This document shows, piece by piece, positions 24,300 through 37,884 of a stretch of 64,000 nucleotides of DNA (the first letter of the stretch is position 1; each line of letters begins with the position of its first letter). Position numbers and translations under genes: made by a program. The notes below the pieces were generated by a model. That model saw only the letters and a list, made by a program, of their open reading frames with translations. It was not told the origin of the DNA and did not search any database. The DNA is from Mizuhopecten yessoensis (Eukaryota), in assembly GCF_002113885.1 (NCBI RefSeq), contig NW_018408761.1, forward strand, positions 997,580 through 1,061,579, read 5' to 3'.

Positions 24300-25379
24300 G
24301 TAAGATTTTCACTTTGTATGATTTCTTGTTCAAGGCATTATCTTACAATGATTTCACATTTCAGAACAGAAAGGACTTACCCAGTGAAACATGCTCACTC
24401 ACGCTTAGTTTCGATCACTTCATTATAATGGATTTTTTTTATGCTCCTTGAATGATTTTTTCGGTAGAAAATATATAACCATCACTTATATGAGCATTAT
24501 TTACAATATATTACATCGGATGAAATGTATTAGAGAAAACCACCTTAATTGTAAGTATCTTTTCTGTGCTTCATTTTAAACCTGGTTTACTTTGTATATA
24601 ATATAGCCCAAAACAGCTGAAAAGTATGTAGATTTATGGTTTATAGTTACAGTGCAATTGTTTTACTTAGTTTACAACACAAACTTTACATCAACATTTT
24701 AAACAGAAATATGTTACAGCAAATATTTCAAAATTAAGGAAAATATCAAGGAATATCAAGGTGACAGATGGGTCCATTTTCAATATAATTTTGATTAATT
24801 TTATTCAGCATTTTGGTGGCTTTTTAATCTAGAAAGTTGGATTTTGAGTTTTTAAAGTGAATTCAGACAGATGATTCTAGTACTTCTGTAAGTTTGAATA
24901 AACCACAAATAAGTTGAAATGATAGTTAAATGGGGATACACATGTTACAAGTCTACAATGTATCTCTGCCTAGTTGTTTAACAATACTACATTACATTAA
25001 TATTTCCCAGTTTAGATTCCAGAGGAAATTCCAAAATCCCATCAATGTTTTACTCAAATATAACATGAAACTGAATTTTAACATTGTACAAAAGAAGAAC
25101 TATGCTGAAACAAAAACTTCTTCCTTATAACTGAGGAAGTGTACCAAATCGCTGCTCCTTTTGCATTATAGATCTACACCTGGAAAGGTTGTGGAATTTC
25201 TGTTTTCATCTCCAATAATTATGTTCGTTGAACCAGTAGTGGATGATTCAACAGGTAATGTTGTTGGATCCATAGGGTTTGAATCCCGAAGTATTAAACC
25301 AGTTGTTGTTGAATGAGTAGTTGAATCAGTTGTTATACGCCTGTCGAGTTTAAAAGTGAATAAATATTAGATTGGAATA

Positions 25380-26700
25380 ATGCATCCTACCAGGATTGGC
25401 CCTAAGCTACTTCAAGGTCATAGGAGTCAACTATGTCAAAAACTTCTAACGACTTTTTCTAAAAAAACGAGGCCAAAAATTGTACTATTTGGCAAGCAGC
25501 TTCTTGGGAAAGAGCCCAATAAAGTTTGCAAACAAATATTACTTTGATCCACTTTCAAGGTTGCAGGGATCAGACATGCCAAATATTCAAACAACTTCTT
25601 TTGAAAAACAAAAATAACCAAGAGTCATGATATTTGGGTATAGGCTTTCTGGGGTACATTCAGCCAAAGTTTGCTAAATAAAATTACTTTGACTTACTTT
25701 CAAGTTGAAAGGGTTCAAAAGAAGGCATAGAATCATGATATTTGGCCAGTAGCTTTCTGGGACAGAGCCATACAATGTGTGTGGGGGGAAAAAGTGGGCT
25801 TGACCTACTTTGAAGGTCCCCAGAGTCAGATATAAAATAACTAGAGTCATGGTATCTTGCTGGTTGCTTTCTAGGATGGAGCCCATCATCATTTCCATGT
25901 CAAGAGTTGACCTTGACATACTTTCAAGGTCACAGACGTCAAATATGTCAAGAAATTCAAATGACTTCTTTCAAAAGGCCTGGAATCATGACAATTTGAA
26001 TGATCCCAAGAATGTATAGGTTGAAAAAAGAAATGACTGACCTTTGACTATCCAGGTCACAAACATAAAATTGTGCTGAGTCATTTAGGGCAAATAAGGT
26101 GTAGATTAAGTACATTCACAATTTCATATTACTGGTATTGTTGAAATAAACCAATTAAATATTACAGACGTCCACTAATATCTTGCACACCAAATCACTT
26201 TACACATTGGACAAGTGAGGAATACAGGCACTTTTTACCACCTGTTAGATTTAGGTCAATTATTACATCACCTTCATTATTTTCATTCTTGACTACCAAA
26301 AGGCCTAGGGTGATGATATTTGGCCAGTAGCATGCTGGAATAAAGGACTGGCAAGTTGTTCAAATGAATGACCCTGACCAATAGTCAAGGTCACAGGAGT
26401 CAAATTTATTGAAAAAATTCAAACAACTTCTTCTGAATAACCAAGAAGCATAGGGAGGTTATATTTGGCCAATAACATGCTGAGATGAAAGGTTATCAAG
26501 TTGAAGAGAATGAACTTCAACCGTATTCAAGGTCACAGGGTTCAAATTTGTTAAAAACTTCAAACAACTTCTTCTGAATAACCAAATGACATAGGGTAAT
26601 GTTATTTAGCCAGTAATATACTGCAATGCATGGTTATCAAATTTGTTCGAATGAATGACTTTGACCTATTTTCAAGGACACAGGGGTCAAATTTGTTTAT
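25380..26700 (+). repeat. Degenerate arrays of type-A ~160-bp monomers (caaacaacttcttttgaaaaac...tttcaaggt.acagg) without recognizable termini.
   Basis: Divergent copies of the monomer seen at 20574-21493 and 55738-56230. Confidence 0.5.
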
Positions 26701-27354
26701 ATGATGTGTTAAAAGTGAATAAATAACTAGACTAACCATCTTTAGTTCAGATCAATAAAATATGTTCAAATCTTCCAACAAAGATTCACAAAGATACATA
26801 AGGTGTAGAGTAATAAAATGTTTTGAGGAAGACCCAAAAAAGTGTATAGCCTGTTTTAACAGCTAAATGAGTTTCTGATACTCCCTTTGATAAACATGTA
26901 TCGTATCCAAAAGGTTGAAAAATTAAAAAAAATAAAATTTAGGTGAGCTAGCTATCAAGGCCCCTGGGCAGTTTGTTGACTATGTTCTGCATTAAGGTTC
27001 ATGCAACTTTACATATTTATGTGCTTTTATCAGAAGAAAATGTCCCACAATATTTTTAAATCCTTGACTATGACCTTGACCTCTATGAAATTGCTTTGGG
27101 TCTTAAGTGTGGGAAGTGGACATCCCTGTCTAACAGACACATTTCTAGTTGAACCTGAAAAGAAGTTTCAGTCGTTCAATTGATGACAACCACGAATATG
27201 GGATTTACTCTGAAAAAGGCCTGTATTCTTTGTGTAAGATTAGAAAACAATGTTAGTATATAACAAAAATTCAAGTTATCTGACAGACACATGGTTTAAG
27301 CTGATTTAAGGCTAAGGGGCCAAGCAAATTATATCTCTACACTGAAAAACTTAT

Positions 27355-28459
27355 TTAAAAAACAAAAACGCTAAGATGCAATAAAACTGACCTTGAAATA
27401 GTTGATGGAGAACTTGGGTGTACTGGTGGTGTTAAGGGTTGTGTTACAGTACTCATCTGGTACATCCTGTAGTTGTAGTGTACATCTCCTAGTTGGACAC
27501 GGTTGCTGCCAGCCTGGTACACAAACTTAAACACTACCGCTGTGGTGGCAGCGGTGGGATGTGATAGGTCAGCACTGCATGTGGTGCCAATCTGTAGTGG
27601 TATCACATCAGTGGAATAGCATGTCGATGTGAGATTTGTCCACGAGATGATGTCTGTTGTTGTTTAAATCCAAACTGTTTGTTTGGCCTCTTGTCAAATT
27701 TTAAAATGGTAACACTAGTTTTTGACTGACTAGTAGTAAGTTTTGACAAATCAGCCAGTTTGAGCAACTCAGTTGTTTCCATTGTTGCAACGTCCTCTTG
27801 ATTGGGATAAAAGTTCATATAAATCCCTGCCTCACTTAGATGGCTTTCCATGATGTACTTCTCACGGTTGAATTTATCTGGACTCGAGAATTGTATAACA
27901 TTCTTTGAGTCAATAACACTAACACAAGAATAGAACCACTTAACATAATTGTTAGTCCAAGGATCTTGGTAAATAGCAGACATTTTGTGTCAGTTTTTCT
28001 CTTGTTTTTTGATAGTTTCGTGTTCTGCAAATCCTTTTTCGAAAATGTGACACTGATTATGGTCAAGACCTCTAACATCACTGCTATGGCCTTAACCATT
28101 TGTAAAATACTGACTGCCACCTTGCAACATCCTGCAATGTAGACATTAAGGAATATCAATGGAACATTTTCCCATACCAAAATCACATTTGCTCCGTCCA
28201 ATAGCCATGAGGGGAGGTGACTCTCATCCTTCACATCCATAATTATAACAATCACCTCTGTTATGTAAGTCATGGTTCCTATAACAGAGAAGGCAAGAAG
28301 TGATGACATCACACTACATGTACTAGGAAATGGTTCAAATACAAGGCCTTGTTCCAGGCCACTGACCTCATAATAAAACAGCCAATCACAAATTAGGTCA
28401 AAGGTCAACGCCAGAGATGAGATGATGAGAATCAAAATTTTGTTTGTGCGGGAATCCAT
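27355..28459 (-). pseudogene. Antisense nested gene or pseudogene inside the 7-kb PARP4 intron. The first ORF encodes a 4-TM membrane protein of unknown family, and two following ORFs run in shifted frames.
   Basis: Three consecutive minus-strand ORFs (28459-27836, 27983-27603, 27606-27355) of 207, 126 and 83 aa in three frames. Hydrophobic helices are clear in the first. The discontinuities could be 1-nt frameshifts or a ~71-nt intron (GTGAGA...caagAG). Confidence 0.4.
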
Positions 28460-31334
28460 CTCTGTAGGAAATTCTTGATTTGTTTTGTCTCAACTGGTTA
28501 GTAAATCAAGTACGCTAGTGATGTCTGAAGTATATGTTATAAAATGACACCTCTTTTAGAGCCTATCACTTTTGGCCTCAACCCTTTTCCTATAATAACA
28601 AATGATGATAAATAGAAATACTTGGCGAAATAAAATTAGAGGTTATATATTTTGACAAAAATGATGTTACAAAATTTACTTGGTAAAGTTACCATTCTTG
28701 ATGCAAATCTATGAAGAAAATTGTTATCATTAAACATGTTTACCTATCAGCATTTTCCTGTAATTGTGTTTTTCAGCAAGAATGTTGGAATTTGAAAAAA
28801 TTCAAAAATGATGATATTGACTCTTAAATCAAATCTGGAAGACAAACATATTTTTCATTACACATGAATCGCATGTTGCTTATCGCTTACCTTTTGTAAC
28901 TTTAATAACAAATTTACCTGTATGCACATAGTGGTTTTCCTCGTCTTGAATGTTTATAATCAAGCTGTTTATCCTAGAGGACTTTGAGAAGAAAATGAAG
29001 CCCGCAATATCTTTCTACAACCATGGCTACAAATCTGTCTATTACTGAGATGTAGTAGATGGATTCTCAACAGTTATCTATTATATGAAGATGAGACTAA
29101 GACTGGTTAGTCCTAAGTGTATTTATTCTGTGTTGGGTGGCCCATGTTAAAAGTGATTATTACAGACATGTATTGTAAGTTTGTCTTGTCTTCTTTAAAT
29201 CATTATTGATCCATATGCATATATTTTGGTAATATTTTCTTAATTTAAAAATGATTGTTTACCGTATTCAGACTTCATGTTTGAGTTATGTTAATTTGAC
29301 CCTCCTGTACGGAACTGCAACTGTAGTTCTGGTAATATAACACTTCAGTGATTATTTAATTAAATATATATAAAAACAGATATTTAGCTTTTGACCTTGT
29401 TAACATTATCAATTTAAATTATAGGTTGTTTTTATATAATATGCAGCAATTTTTATGATTATGTGTGACAATATCCTTAATTTGGTAAACTCGTGACGAT
29501 ACAGAAATTGGCTTGTTCTCAGGGTTCACTGTTGGTGCTGTATGGTCTTTTTGTGAACATTGTTTACATTTGTATGAATTAAACATACACATCTCTGTAA
29601 AATTGTTTAGAAGTTTAAAAGTCCACCAGTATTTGTCCGTCCTGTTAACATACACATTTTGTGCTTGTCAGTTAATGTTATTTGTGACAGCTTTTCAACT
29701 GGATTTCTAAACAGTGATATAAGATATCTCTGTAGCTGTGGCTAAATCATCGGAGCAATGTAACGCTCTTTTTTCATTAAAACTGTGTTTAGGAAATAAT
29801 TTTTATGAACAAATTGAGGCAGCATAAGAGGGTTTTACGGTAATTCAACGTAAAGTTTGAAAATATTTATTCAATAAAAGAAAGGTTTTTTCTTATCAAA
29901 AAATTGTATAATTTTGATTTGTTAAATATACTTAAGTATTTGATAAAATATTAAATACTACTTCACTGTCTAAACCAGGCGGTTCAAATATAGATTTTTA
30001 TTTTGTCTAAAATAAGAATTTGGTTCCAGCAATGAAAATCTATTATACCGTTAAACAATTAGACTATCTACCATCCAGAACATGCAGGAAATCGGCTATC
30101 ATTGCTTGGTCCTAGCTAGGAGTGTTTGTCCACACTTATAGTTTTTGGTGATTATTTCAGAATCCAGAAGTCCAAAACTTATGAAATTTTATATGGTGAT
30201 TTACTGTTATATGCACATATGCAATGGTAGTTATAAAAGTTCATAAGGTCAAAGTCAATATGCACATGCATGTGCAATGGGAGTTTAAAAAGAGCGTAAG
30301 GTCAGTCACTATTGCTAAAACTTCATTGCCTGTGTGACCTGTCAGTGTTGCATTTTTAATTGTTGGTTATGCTTCATTTATACATTGTAGCACCATATAA
30401 CCTTGAACCCGTAATCCAAGATTGCAACAAGTCAAGGTCAAGGTCACTGATACTAATAATAAAACAGGAGTGATTTACTGTTAAAACTACATTTTATGAC
30501 TTGGTCAGTGTTTGTTATGATTGCAAATGTTACTTGGCAGATATCCTGTACATCTATAATGCCATATTTCCTTAATCCTGAAATCTAAGATGGCCGACAT
30601 CTATTGCTTCTGACTGGCTGAGACATAACTTTTGTTTTGTTAATACAATTTTGTTCATATGTCATGGAAAATGATGCTTATAAGGGACAGTCCATATGGT
30701 GAATATGAACATATTGTCCGATACCCATGAAACAAGTTGGCTGACATAGTTTCTCATTGGCTGGGGTTTCAACTTTGAAGTCATATTACCTAGTCTGTAA
30801 CTTTTTATTACAATGTTCCAAATTCCTAGTGATCACTGCATAAGACTTTTTCTTCGCAATTTTGCATTCTAGATAAACTGTCAGGATGGGGCCATTATTT
30901 GCTGACCTATATCTGAGTTCTATGTAATTGGTTCCTGATTTAAATACCTACTAAATTGTGTTCACATTGCATAAATCGCATTGTATATACTGCATTACCC
31001 CAAAATAATTTTGATTTTTCCTTATACATAATGTAATTGCATTAAAAAAGCCAAACAACACTTTCAAGGGCATAGTTAATGAATATTTATTCAAAAATAA
31101 TTTTGCACATAACACAGCATTAATGATTATGCTGTAACTTAATTCATCATCAAGCATCCATTCAGAATTTAAAATTAAAAATACTGCGACAAACATTGTG
31201 GTATAATTCACACCTGGGAAAATCATTGCAACAGTAAATATCACATGAAAGAAATGGGATGTTTAAATTTTGAATTGATGTGATTATTGAATAACGTCAA
31301 ATATACTGATTATAATGTTATAATGATATTTCAG

Positions 31335-31522
31335 GCTGTGCAGCCACATTTGGGAGGAAGCAATGTTGATTACCCAGTAGAGTCCTTGTTCCTTCTCAGT
31401 CCAGCAGAGGGCAGCAGGAGTGTCTTCCTCATCTCAGATGGTTACCTTAGCAACAGTGATGTGTTGCTGTCAACAATCAGGAAAGGAAATGCTAAAAATA
31501 GAGTCTTCACCATTGGTGTTGG
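31335..31522 (+). CDS. PARP4: PARP4 exon 21, vWA domain (AVQPHLGGSNVDYPVESLFLLSPAEGSRSVFLISDGYLSNSDVLLSTIRKGNAKNRVFTIGVG).
   Basis: Aligns to human ...RGSRNILLVSDGHLQDESLTLQLVKRSRPHTRLFACGIG. It follows a 7-kb intron. Confidence 0.9.
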
Positions 31523-32388
31523 GTAAATATGGTATATGTAATGATTATTTTGTAAATTAAGATTTTATATGAAAAAGATAAGTTAAGTTTGATCGGTGCG
31601 TTTCATTTATGTTGAATTTCTACTAACCAGTTGGTATTATTCATGGAAGATTGAATTTTGCTATTTTCAAGGCCATTCAAAATTATGAAAATTTAACATC
31701 TAGCCAATATTTAATATTGCTGTCAATTATAACTGCTGTGACTATAAACAGGCCCACATAGAGTGTATAGACATGCTTATAATTACTGCTAAAAAAACAG
31801 GTGACCAAACTTCAACCAGCTGACCATGTTGTGGTGTTGTCGATGTCAGTTTGTTTTCAAACCTTTCCCAAGCAAGGTTGTTATTAAACAATTAGTAAAA
31901 ACAAATGTGATTTACACGCTTTTATTGAAAAGTAAATAAACCTCACCTGTAAATTGGACATGTCCATGACTTGAGGGTTGTGCGGTACTAATCTAACTTG
32001 CCTACAGTATTATAAATCAATTTTACCTAGTTTCAGAGAATTAGATGGGATTGCTATCTAAGTCTGTGCTAGTACCTATACCAAAGTAGCCAGTGACACT
32101 GAAGTTTTGACTTGCTGGTGTTTCAAAAATTTTCATCCCTGTGAAATAGTTCCAATCAAGATAGCTGCATAACATGAGCCCTTTAAAATTAGATTTGAAA
32201 TTAAACAACTATACAGTATGTAAATGGATGTGCAAGTGTTTCACAGGATAGAGGCAGGACGTATGATGTTGAGGTGTAGGCTATTGATTATCAATTGGAA
32301 TTGAAGCATGATGGGTTTTTTCAAAATGTATATAAAGGTATTTATGTGTAAAGTAAGTAATATTTTGAACTTTGATGTTTTTATGAAG

Positions 32389-32488
32389 ACAAAACGTGAA
32401 CCACCACCTGATGCGGAGCCTGGCGTCACGAGGAGGCGGTACCTATTACCATTACAACTATAAGACACGCTCCGTTTGGGAGGCCAGG
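32389..32488 (+). CDS. PARP4: PARP4 exon 22 (GQNVNHHLMRSLASRGGGTYYHYNYKTRSVWEAR).
   Basis: Aligns to human STANRHVLRILSQCGAGVFEYFNAKSKHSWRKQ. Acceptor ttttatgaag, donor GTGAGT. Confidence 0.85.
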
Positions 32489-33506
32489 GTGAGTGATCCA
32501 GTCTCATCACCTTGTTGTATGAGGCTTTGTTATTGTTGGTTGTAAGCAAGGGAGAAACTCTCAGCATCATCCTGAGAAAATAATCTGACCCAAGCATCTG
32601 CACTAACAAATCTCATATGAAGGATTGTAATTTTAACACAGTACTGGGTCTCTTCTAAAGTGGTGGACGTTTTTTTGTTTCAAACATTACTATACTGTAG
32701 ACCTTGGTTTGAACTCTCATACTAGTAGAATGACTCAGGCATTTATATTCACAAAGTTCACTACAAAGCAAACAGTCATTTAAGTCAGAATGAACAAAAA
32801 ATATAACACTGAGTTCCTTGTTAAATTTCTTTTTGCAAATAATGTTAACGAGCTTTCCTTTAGCATAGGAAAGGGGGTGAGTCTAAATTACAGGTAACAA
32901 ACTTAGTGGTTAAACTATATCATAGTGATCTCAATGTCTTTACTCTAATATACAATTTCGCAACTTTCGTGTTGAGCGATAAACTTCATGTTTTTCCTGC
33001 CATATAATTTCACTGAACCTATTGGAACAGAAGATAATGCCCAAATTCTTCAAGAATTTCTTGAAGTCTCTCAAAAAACAGGGACATAATTCAAATCAGA
33101 GCTTAGTCAATGATTAAAGCTTAATAGGGTAGAAACATGCAGACTAGATCACAAATTAAAAACAAATTTTGCTACTGAAATCATCACATTACATATTGGA
33201 ATACTGGTAGAAGTGGTTCAGTATGATTTACAGAAACAATTATACATATAGATTTGAAATATAGCATTACAAAGAGACAATCTACAGGAAATACGTGTTT
33301 AAAGCTGTCAATCAATATCCATTCCCTTAGTTAACTCATTCACCCCTGATTTCATAATGAATTATTCCAAACTTTGAATTGGAAGAGTTCAAATGTGTCT
33401 TCAGGGGTAATTGAGTTAAATATGATCTCTGAAAATTTCATCTTTAAGAGATATTTAAGAGGTAGTCTTGTACTTCTATGTCACTTTTATGTTTTAATAC
33501 TCTCCA

Positions 33507-33677
33507 GATGAACACTCAAGTTCAGAAGGCATGCCGTCCAGGTATTTCTGGTGTTAAAGTGGAGTGGCAGCAAAACATGGACACGACCAACAGACCTCTT
33601 CAGGCCCCTAATCACATCCCAAGTTTGTTTTCTGGGTCACGACAGGTCGTGTATGGCTTTGTACCTAACTGTACACA
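33507..33677 (+). CDS. PARP4: PARP4 exon 23 (MNTQVQKACRPGISGVKVEWQQNMDTTNRPLQAPNHIPSLFSGSRQVVYGFVPNCTQ).
   Basis: Aligns to human MTRLCSPSCHSVSVKWQQLNPDVPEALQAPAQVPSLFLNDRLLVYGFIPHCTQ. Donor CAG|GTGAGA. Confidence 0.9.
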
Positions 33678-35840
33678 GGTGAGAATTTTTATTACACTGA
33701 TGTGCTGGTAAGCAGGGGTTCAACTAGTTATATCTTTGTATGGCTTTGTACCTAACTGCACACAGGTGAGAATTTTTATTACACTGATGTGCTGGTAAGC
33801 AGGGGTTCAACTACTCCCCTCGGTAGGGACAAGTTATATCTTTGTATGGCTTTGTACCTAGCTGTACACAGGTGAGACTTTGTATTACACTGATGTACTG
33901 GTAAGCAGGGGTTCAACTACTCACCTCGTTAGGGACAAGTTATATCTTATCTTTGTATGGCTTTGTACCTAACTGTACACAGGCGAGAATTTTTATTACG
34001 AGGATGTGCTGGTAAGCAGGGGTTCAACTACTCGCCTCGTTAGGGACAAGTTATATCTTTGTATGGCTTTGTACCTGAATTTAGGCAGGGGAGGCTTTGT
34101 ATTACACTGATGTGCTGGTAAGCAGGGGCTCAACTACTCACCTCGGTAGGGACAAGTTATATCTTCATATGGCTTTGTACCTAACTGTACACAGGTGAGA
34201 ATTTTTATTACGAGGATGTGCTGGTAAGCAGGGTTTCAACTACTCACCTCGGTAGGGACAAGTTATATCTATGTATGGCTTTGTACCTAACTGTACACAG
34301 GTGAGACTTTTTATTACGAGGATGTGCTGGTAAGCAGGGGTTCAACTACTCCCCTCGGTAGGGACAAGTTATATCTTTGTATGGCTTTGTACCTGAATTT
34401 AGGCAGGGGAGGCTTTGTATTACACTGATGTGCTGGTAAGCAGGGGTTCAACTACTTATTTCTGGTGTTAAAGTGGAGTGGCAGCAAAACATGGACACGA
34501 CCAACAGACCTCTTCAGGCCCCAAATCACATCCCAAGTTTGTTTTCTGGGTCACGACAGGTCGTGTATGGCTTTGTACCTAACTGTACACAAGTGAGAAT
34601 TTTTATTACGAGGATGTGCTGGTAAGCAGGGTTTCAACTACTCACCTCGGTAGGGACAAGTTATATCTTCATATGGCTTTGTACCTAACTGTACACAGGT
34701 GAGAATTTTTATTACACTGATGTGCTGGTAAGCAGGGGTTCAACTACTCCCCTCGGTAGGGACAAGTTATATCTTTGTATGGCTTTGTGCCTAACTGTAC
34801 ACAGGTGAGACTTTGTATTACACTAATGTGCTGGTAAGCAGGGGTTCAACTACTCACATCGGTAGGGACAAGTTATATCACGCTTTATATCTAGATAAAA
34901 TAAAACGAGTTCATTACAAAGATGACCGGACAAAAAATGATGTATTCAATATCAATATCAATATTGATATATCTTTGTATGGCTTTGTACCTAACTGTAC
35001 ACAGGTAAGACTTTGTATTACACTGATGTACTGGTAAGCAGGGGTTCAACTACTTACCTCGTTAGGGACAAGTTATATCTTTGTATGGCTTTGTACCTAA
35101 CTGTGCACAGGTGAGACTTTGTATTACACTGATGTGCTGGTAAGCAGGGATTCAACTAGTTATATCTTTGTATGGCTTTGTACCTAACTGTACACTGGTG
35201 AGACTTTGTATTACGAGGATGTGCTGGTAAGCCGGGGTTCAACTACTCACCTCGGTAGGGACAAGTTATATCTATGTATGGCTTTGTACCTAACTGTACA
35301 CAGGTGACACTTTGTATTACGAGGATGTGCTGGTAAGCAGGGGTTCAACTACTCCCCTCGGTAGGGACAAGTTATATCTTTGTATGGCTTTGTACCTAAC
35401 TGCACACAGGTGAGAATTTTTATTACACTGATGTGCTGGTAAGCAGGGGTTCAACTAGTTATATCTTTGTATGGCTTTGTACCTAACTGCACACAGGTGA
35501 GAATTTTTATTACACTGATGTGCTGGTAAGCAGGGGTTCAACTAGTTATATCTTTGTATGGCTTTGTACCTAACTGCACACAGGTGAGAATTTTTATTAC
35601 ACTGATGTGCTGGTAAGCAGGGGTTCAACTAGTTATATCTTTGTATGGCTTTGTACCTAACTGTGCACAGGTGAGACTTTGTATTACACTGATGTGCTGG
35701 TAAGCAGGGGTTCAACTACTCACATCGGTAGGGACAAGTTATATCACGCTTTATATCTAGATAAAATAAAACGAGTTCATTACAAAGCTGACAGGACCAA
35801 AAATGATGTATTCAATATCAATATCAATATTGATTATATT
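33651..35840 (+). repeat. Tandem satellite (~108-bp unit, ~20 copies) derived from the 3' end of PARP4 exon 23 plus its GT donor and the start of the intron. It includes a 180-bp partial re-duplication of the exon at 34440-34620 and an 880-bp higher-order period.
   Basis: The unit ctttgtatggctttgtacctaactgtacacagGTGAGAatttttattacactgatgtgctggtaagcaggggttcaactactc.cctcggtagggacaagttatat repeats head-to-tail. Its first copy is the authentic exon end. Confidence 0.85.
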
Positions 35841-35924
35841 AGGAGACTGTAAGTGCAGAATTAAGTTCTTTGCAAAGGGGTTTTTAATGTGTGGTGGAAC
35901 TGGAATGGGTTGATTGTCGGTGGC

Positions 35925-36010
35925 CAGGTAGCTCAAATAGTAGTGTCTGTCTAGTGTTGTGAGGGTTCCAGGTTTGAACCCCAGTCTGGCCATTGCATTT
36001 CTGTTTTGCA
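35925..36010 (+). mobile_element. tRNA-derived SINE head fragment (ggccaggtagctcaaatagtagtg...ggttccaggtttgaaccccagtctggccattgcatttc).
   Basis: A-box/B-box-like GTAGCTCA and GGTTTGAACCCC. A homologous copy lies at 62706-62800. Confidence 0.45.
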
Positions 36011-36070
36011 ACAAATGTATTGTTGTGTCTGGTTGTAATTTGGTTAGTCTGTTTAATGAAGAAGGTAAAA

Positions 36071-37117
36071 AGGTTATATTAGCTCACCTATGAGCTTATG
36101 GTATGGCGTGTTGTCACTCGTCTGTCATCCGCCCGTCATTGAGTCTGTCGTTCATCGTCCCATCAACGTTTTCTTTGAATGGCTTGTTCTCAAGAACTGG
36201 AGGACCTAGGGCCATGATATTTGTTCAGTAGGTACCTGGGACAGAGTGCTGTAATATTTTCTCAAATAAATGACCTTAACTTACTTTCTATGTCACAGGG
36301 GTTAAATATATAAAAAAACCTTTAAACAACTTCTTCTGAATAACCAGGAGGCCCAGAGTAATAATACTAGGTCAGTATGTACCTGGCATGAAGTGCTATA
36401 AAGTGTCCTCAAACAAATGACCTTGACTTACTTTCAAGGTCACAGGGGTCAAATGTGTTTAAAAACCTTTAAAACATCTTCTTCTGAATTTCTGAATAAC
36501 CAGTAGGCTAAGAGTCATGATATTTGGTTTGGCCAGTAGGTTCATGGGACAGAGTGCTATAAGTTTTCCTCCAATAAATAACCTTGACCTACTTTCAAGG
36601 TCATGGGTTAAATATGTAAAAAATAAATTAAACATCTTCTTCTAAATAACCAGGAAGCCCAAAGTAATAATACTTGGCCAGTAGGTACCTGGCATGAAGT
36701 GCTATAAAGTTTCCTCAAATAAATGATCTTGACATACTTTCAATGTCACAGGGTTCAAAATTGTAAAAATCTTTAAACAACTTCTTCTGAATAGCTAAGA
36801 GGCTTAGAGCAATGATATTTGGCTAGTAGGTACCTGGGACAGAATGCTATCACGTTTCCTCATATAAATTACCTAGACCTCCTTTACAGTCACAGGGTTC
36901 AAATATGTGAATACTTCTTCTGCAATACCAGGATGCCCTCATTGATGATGTTTGACAAGTAGCATGCTGGGATAGAGTAGTATAAAGCTTCATTTAGTCT
37001 GGAGCATTCTTAAGCCAAGGAAACTCAATATATTAAAATATTTACAAAAGTACTTTTATTGAGAATATTTTCCCATGATTGCTCAAATAACCAGGTGAGT
37101 GATAAGAGGGCCTCTTG
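36071..37117 (+). mobile_element. HINE-like element, type A variant.
   Basis: Head AGCTCACCTATGAGCTTATGG, ~160-bp monomers and tail CCAGGTGAGTGATAAGAGGGCCTCTTG. Confidence 0.6.
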
Positions 37118-37340
37118 TAAAATGATTAAAGAGTTTCTCCATTTCAGAATGTTGTCAGTCTGTTAGAGATATATATAGATGGTAATATTTGCCTCGGACA
37201 AATAACAAACTTACAATGTCGGATCATACCAAGGTAAATATCTCTTTGTAACAATAACAAACTTACAATGTCGGATCATAACAAGGTAAATATCTCTTTG
37301 TAACAATAACAAATTACAGCAACCATCATTTATTTTACAG

Positions 37341-37421
37341 GCCTATTTGAAGGCAACTGTGGACAACATGGAGGTTTCTACGATGGTAGCAACAACAGAA
37401 CTCAACATTACACAAGGAGAG
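37341..37421 (+). CDS. PARP4: PARP4 exon 24 (AYLKATVDNMEVSTMVATTELNITQGE).
   Basis: Aligns to human ATLCALIQEKEFRTMVSTTELQKTTGT. Confidence 0.85.
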
Positions 37422-37803
37422 GTAATCAACATCAATTAGAAATGGAAAATGTATTCTATTATAATATCTCATTGCTTGTGAACAGAACTCCTTTTTCAAC
37501 ATCTCGTTCATTCAGATAAATTAAAGTCTATCTACCAGAAGCATAACATTTACATCAGACTTCCAAAGGTGAATTCAAAGCATTTCTCTTGGTTGTCATT
37601 TATATTTACTTGATATTTTGTACTTTACACCACAAGCTTTCTAGTTAATTAAATCAGATTATCAGGGCCCTAGCTGGTGATTTTTATGTGAGTAAATAAA
37701 TTCTACAACCTGTGTGAAAGTTTGATGGAATAGCAGCATTGAAAACAATGTTACCTGTTTTACATGTAGTTCTCTCCCCTGATTGGATATATTTTGTCCC
37801 CAG

Positions 37804-37884
37804 ATGCTGCATCAGCTGACGGCTCGTGCGGTGATCCGTGACTACGAGGATGGCATCCTTTGTGAGGACAAGATACAACAGCGG
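37804..37884 (+). CDS. PARP4: PARP4 exon 25 (MLHQLTARAVIRDYEDGILCEDKIQQR).
   Basis: Aligns to human MIHKLAARALIRDYEDGILHENE. Confidence 0.9.

Noticed and set aside
33680-35840. A CRISPR-like array (regular direct repeats)
   Set aside because: This is a eukaryotic locus. The repeats are contiguous ~108-bp units derived from an exon/intron junction, with no spacers or cas genes.
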